From: Trueperaceae bacterium
GTDB lineage: Bacteria > Deinococcota > Deinococci > Deinococcales > Trueperaceae
Assembly (NCBI GenBank): GCA_035703635.1
Contig: DASSXV010000019.1
Span: 1-27,888 of the forward strand
Length of the DNA stretch: 27,888 bases
Direction of reading: 5' to 3'
The translations under genes and the position numbers were made by a program. The notes under the pieces were generated by a model, which did no database searches, was not told the origin of the DNA, and saw nothing but the letters and a program-made list of their open reading frames with translations. Of the stretch, positions 26,834 through 27,888 are shown in pieces. Within the stretch, counting starts at the first letter, position 1. Every line of letters starts with the position of its first letter.

Positions 26834-27888
26834 ATGAAAGTAACTGTGATCGGAACGGGCTACGTCGGCCTAACCACCGGTGCCGCGTTGGCCTACCTGG
26901 GGCATGACGTTACCTTCGTCGACAAGAAGCCGGAGATCGTCGAGAAGCTAAGCGCCGGAACGCCGACCATCCACGAGAGCGGCCTTGCCGAGCTGATGGC
27001 GGCAGGACGGCAGCGCTCGACCTTCCAGCAGGTCATCCCAGAGCTGAGCGGCGAGCGCGTCGTCCTGATCGCGGTTGGCACCCCTTCGAAGGAGAACGGC
27101 GACGCCGACCTGAAGTACGTCGATTCCGCCGCCACCGACCTCGCCGACCGCATCCAGGAAGGCGCTCGCCTCGTGGTGGTCAACAAGTCGACCGTCCCCG
27201 TGGGCAGCGCGCGGCACGTGTACGGCATCATCACGCGGCGCCTGGCGGCACGCGGGGTGAAGGCCGAGATCCACGTGGCTTCCAACCCGGAGTTCCTCGC
27301 CGAGGGCCGCGCAGTGCATGACAGCCTCTACCCAGACCGCATCGTGGTTGGCAGCGACACTCCTCACCCACTGGCCGTGATGCGCGAGCTGTACGCGCCG
27401 ATCCTCGAGCAGACGTTCGAGTCGCCTGCGGGCACGCCGCGCCCCGAGCGCTTCGAGCTGCCTCCGCTGATCACCACGACCACCACCAGCGCTGAGTTGA
27501 CGAAGTACGCGGCCAACGCCTTCCTCGCGACGAAGATCAGCTTCATCAACGAGTTCAGCGTGCTGGCGGAGAAGGTCGGCGCCGACGTCGTCGAGGTGGC
27601 GCGCGCCATCGGGTTAGACAGCCGCATCGGCAGCAAGTTCCTCAACGCAGGCATCGGTTGGGGCGGGAGCTGCTTCGGTAAGGACACGGCGGCCGTGCTG
27701 GCCCTCGGCGGCTCCTACGACTACCAGATGCCGCTAGTGCGCGCGGCCGTCGACGTCAACAGGCGGCAGCGTCTCTACGTCGTCGAGAAGCTGCAGCACC
27801 ACCTCAAGGTCCTGCGCGGGACGACCATCGGGCTGCTTGGCCTCGCGTTCAAGGGGAACACGGACGACCTGCGCGACGCGCCCGCCCT
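26834..27888 (+). CDS. ugd: UDP-glucose/GDP-mannose 6-dehydrogenase family, truncated by the window end
   Basis: Manual translation: MKVTVIGTGYVGL, LIAVGTPS, VNKSTVPVG, SNPEFLAEG, AELTKYAANAFLATKISFINE, GIGWGGSCFGKD, LGLAFKGNTDDLRDAP; absent from the ORF track because there is no stop. Confidence 0.95.
   Translation, partial: MKVTVIGTGYVGLTTGAALAYLGHDVTFVDKKPEIVEKLSAGTPTIHESGLAELMAAGRQRSTFQQVIPELSGERVVLIAVGTPSKENGDADLKYVDSAATDLADRIQEGARLVVVNKSTVPVGSARHVYGIITRRLAARGVKAEIHVASNPEFLAEGRAVHDSLYPDRIVVGSDTPHPLAVMRELYAPILEQTFESPAGTPRPERFELPPLITTTTTSAELTKYAANAFLATKISFINEFSVLAEKVGADVVEVARAIGLDSRIGSKFLNAGIGWGGSCFGKDTAAVLALGGSYDYQMPLVRAAVDVNRRQRLYVVEKLQHHLKVLRGTTIGLLGLAFKGNTDDLRDAPA

Noticed and set aside
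5-27687. Many long overlapping or antisense ORFs in the track (e.g. 5..661, 1186..1995, 6546..7379, 10177..10953, 22224..22940, 26893..27687)
   Set aside because: Shadow frames of well-supported genes in high-GC DNA; no recognisable motifs

Overview
GC-rich bacterial chromosomal segment, most likely Deinococcota (Truepera-like; inferred from Thermus-type HICDH, EF-G2 and Ndx1 and many leaderless TAnnnT promoters). About 26 tightly packed CDS: a Wzz-like gene with a dTDP-L-rhamnose operon in rmlD-C-B-A order; a DUF4388-like/HTH protein with a Nudix hydrolase; a cell-separation cluster (amidase, YhcB-like, catalytically dead EnvC-like M23, FtsX without ftsE) interleaved with a HEXXH protein and a zinc-ribbon class III cyclase-STAND protein; hicdh; a DUF4388 + output-less HAMP pair; glyA; SDR; CYTH; EF-G2; a cysteine-free HemC paralogue; metK; GNAT; NYN; a TolC-like protein; and a 3'-truncated ugd that the ORF track misses. 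The most unusual signals are: three 23-bp-period direct repeats ending in ACA at the AT-richer left edge (50-118), resembling a Tn7/Mu/IS21-class transposon end just downstream of rmlA; the apparently dead HemC; the cyclase with an altered specificity residue; and an 88-nt rod-like fold upstream of hicdh. All family calls come from motif recognition, not database searches.
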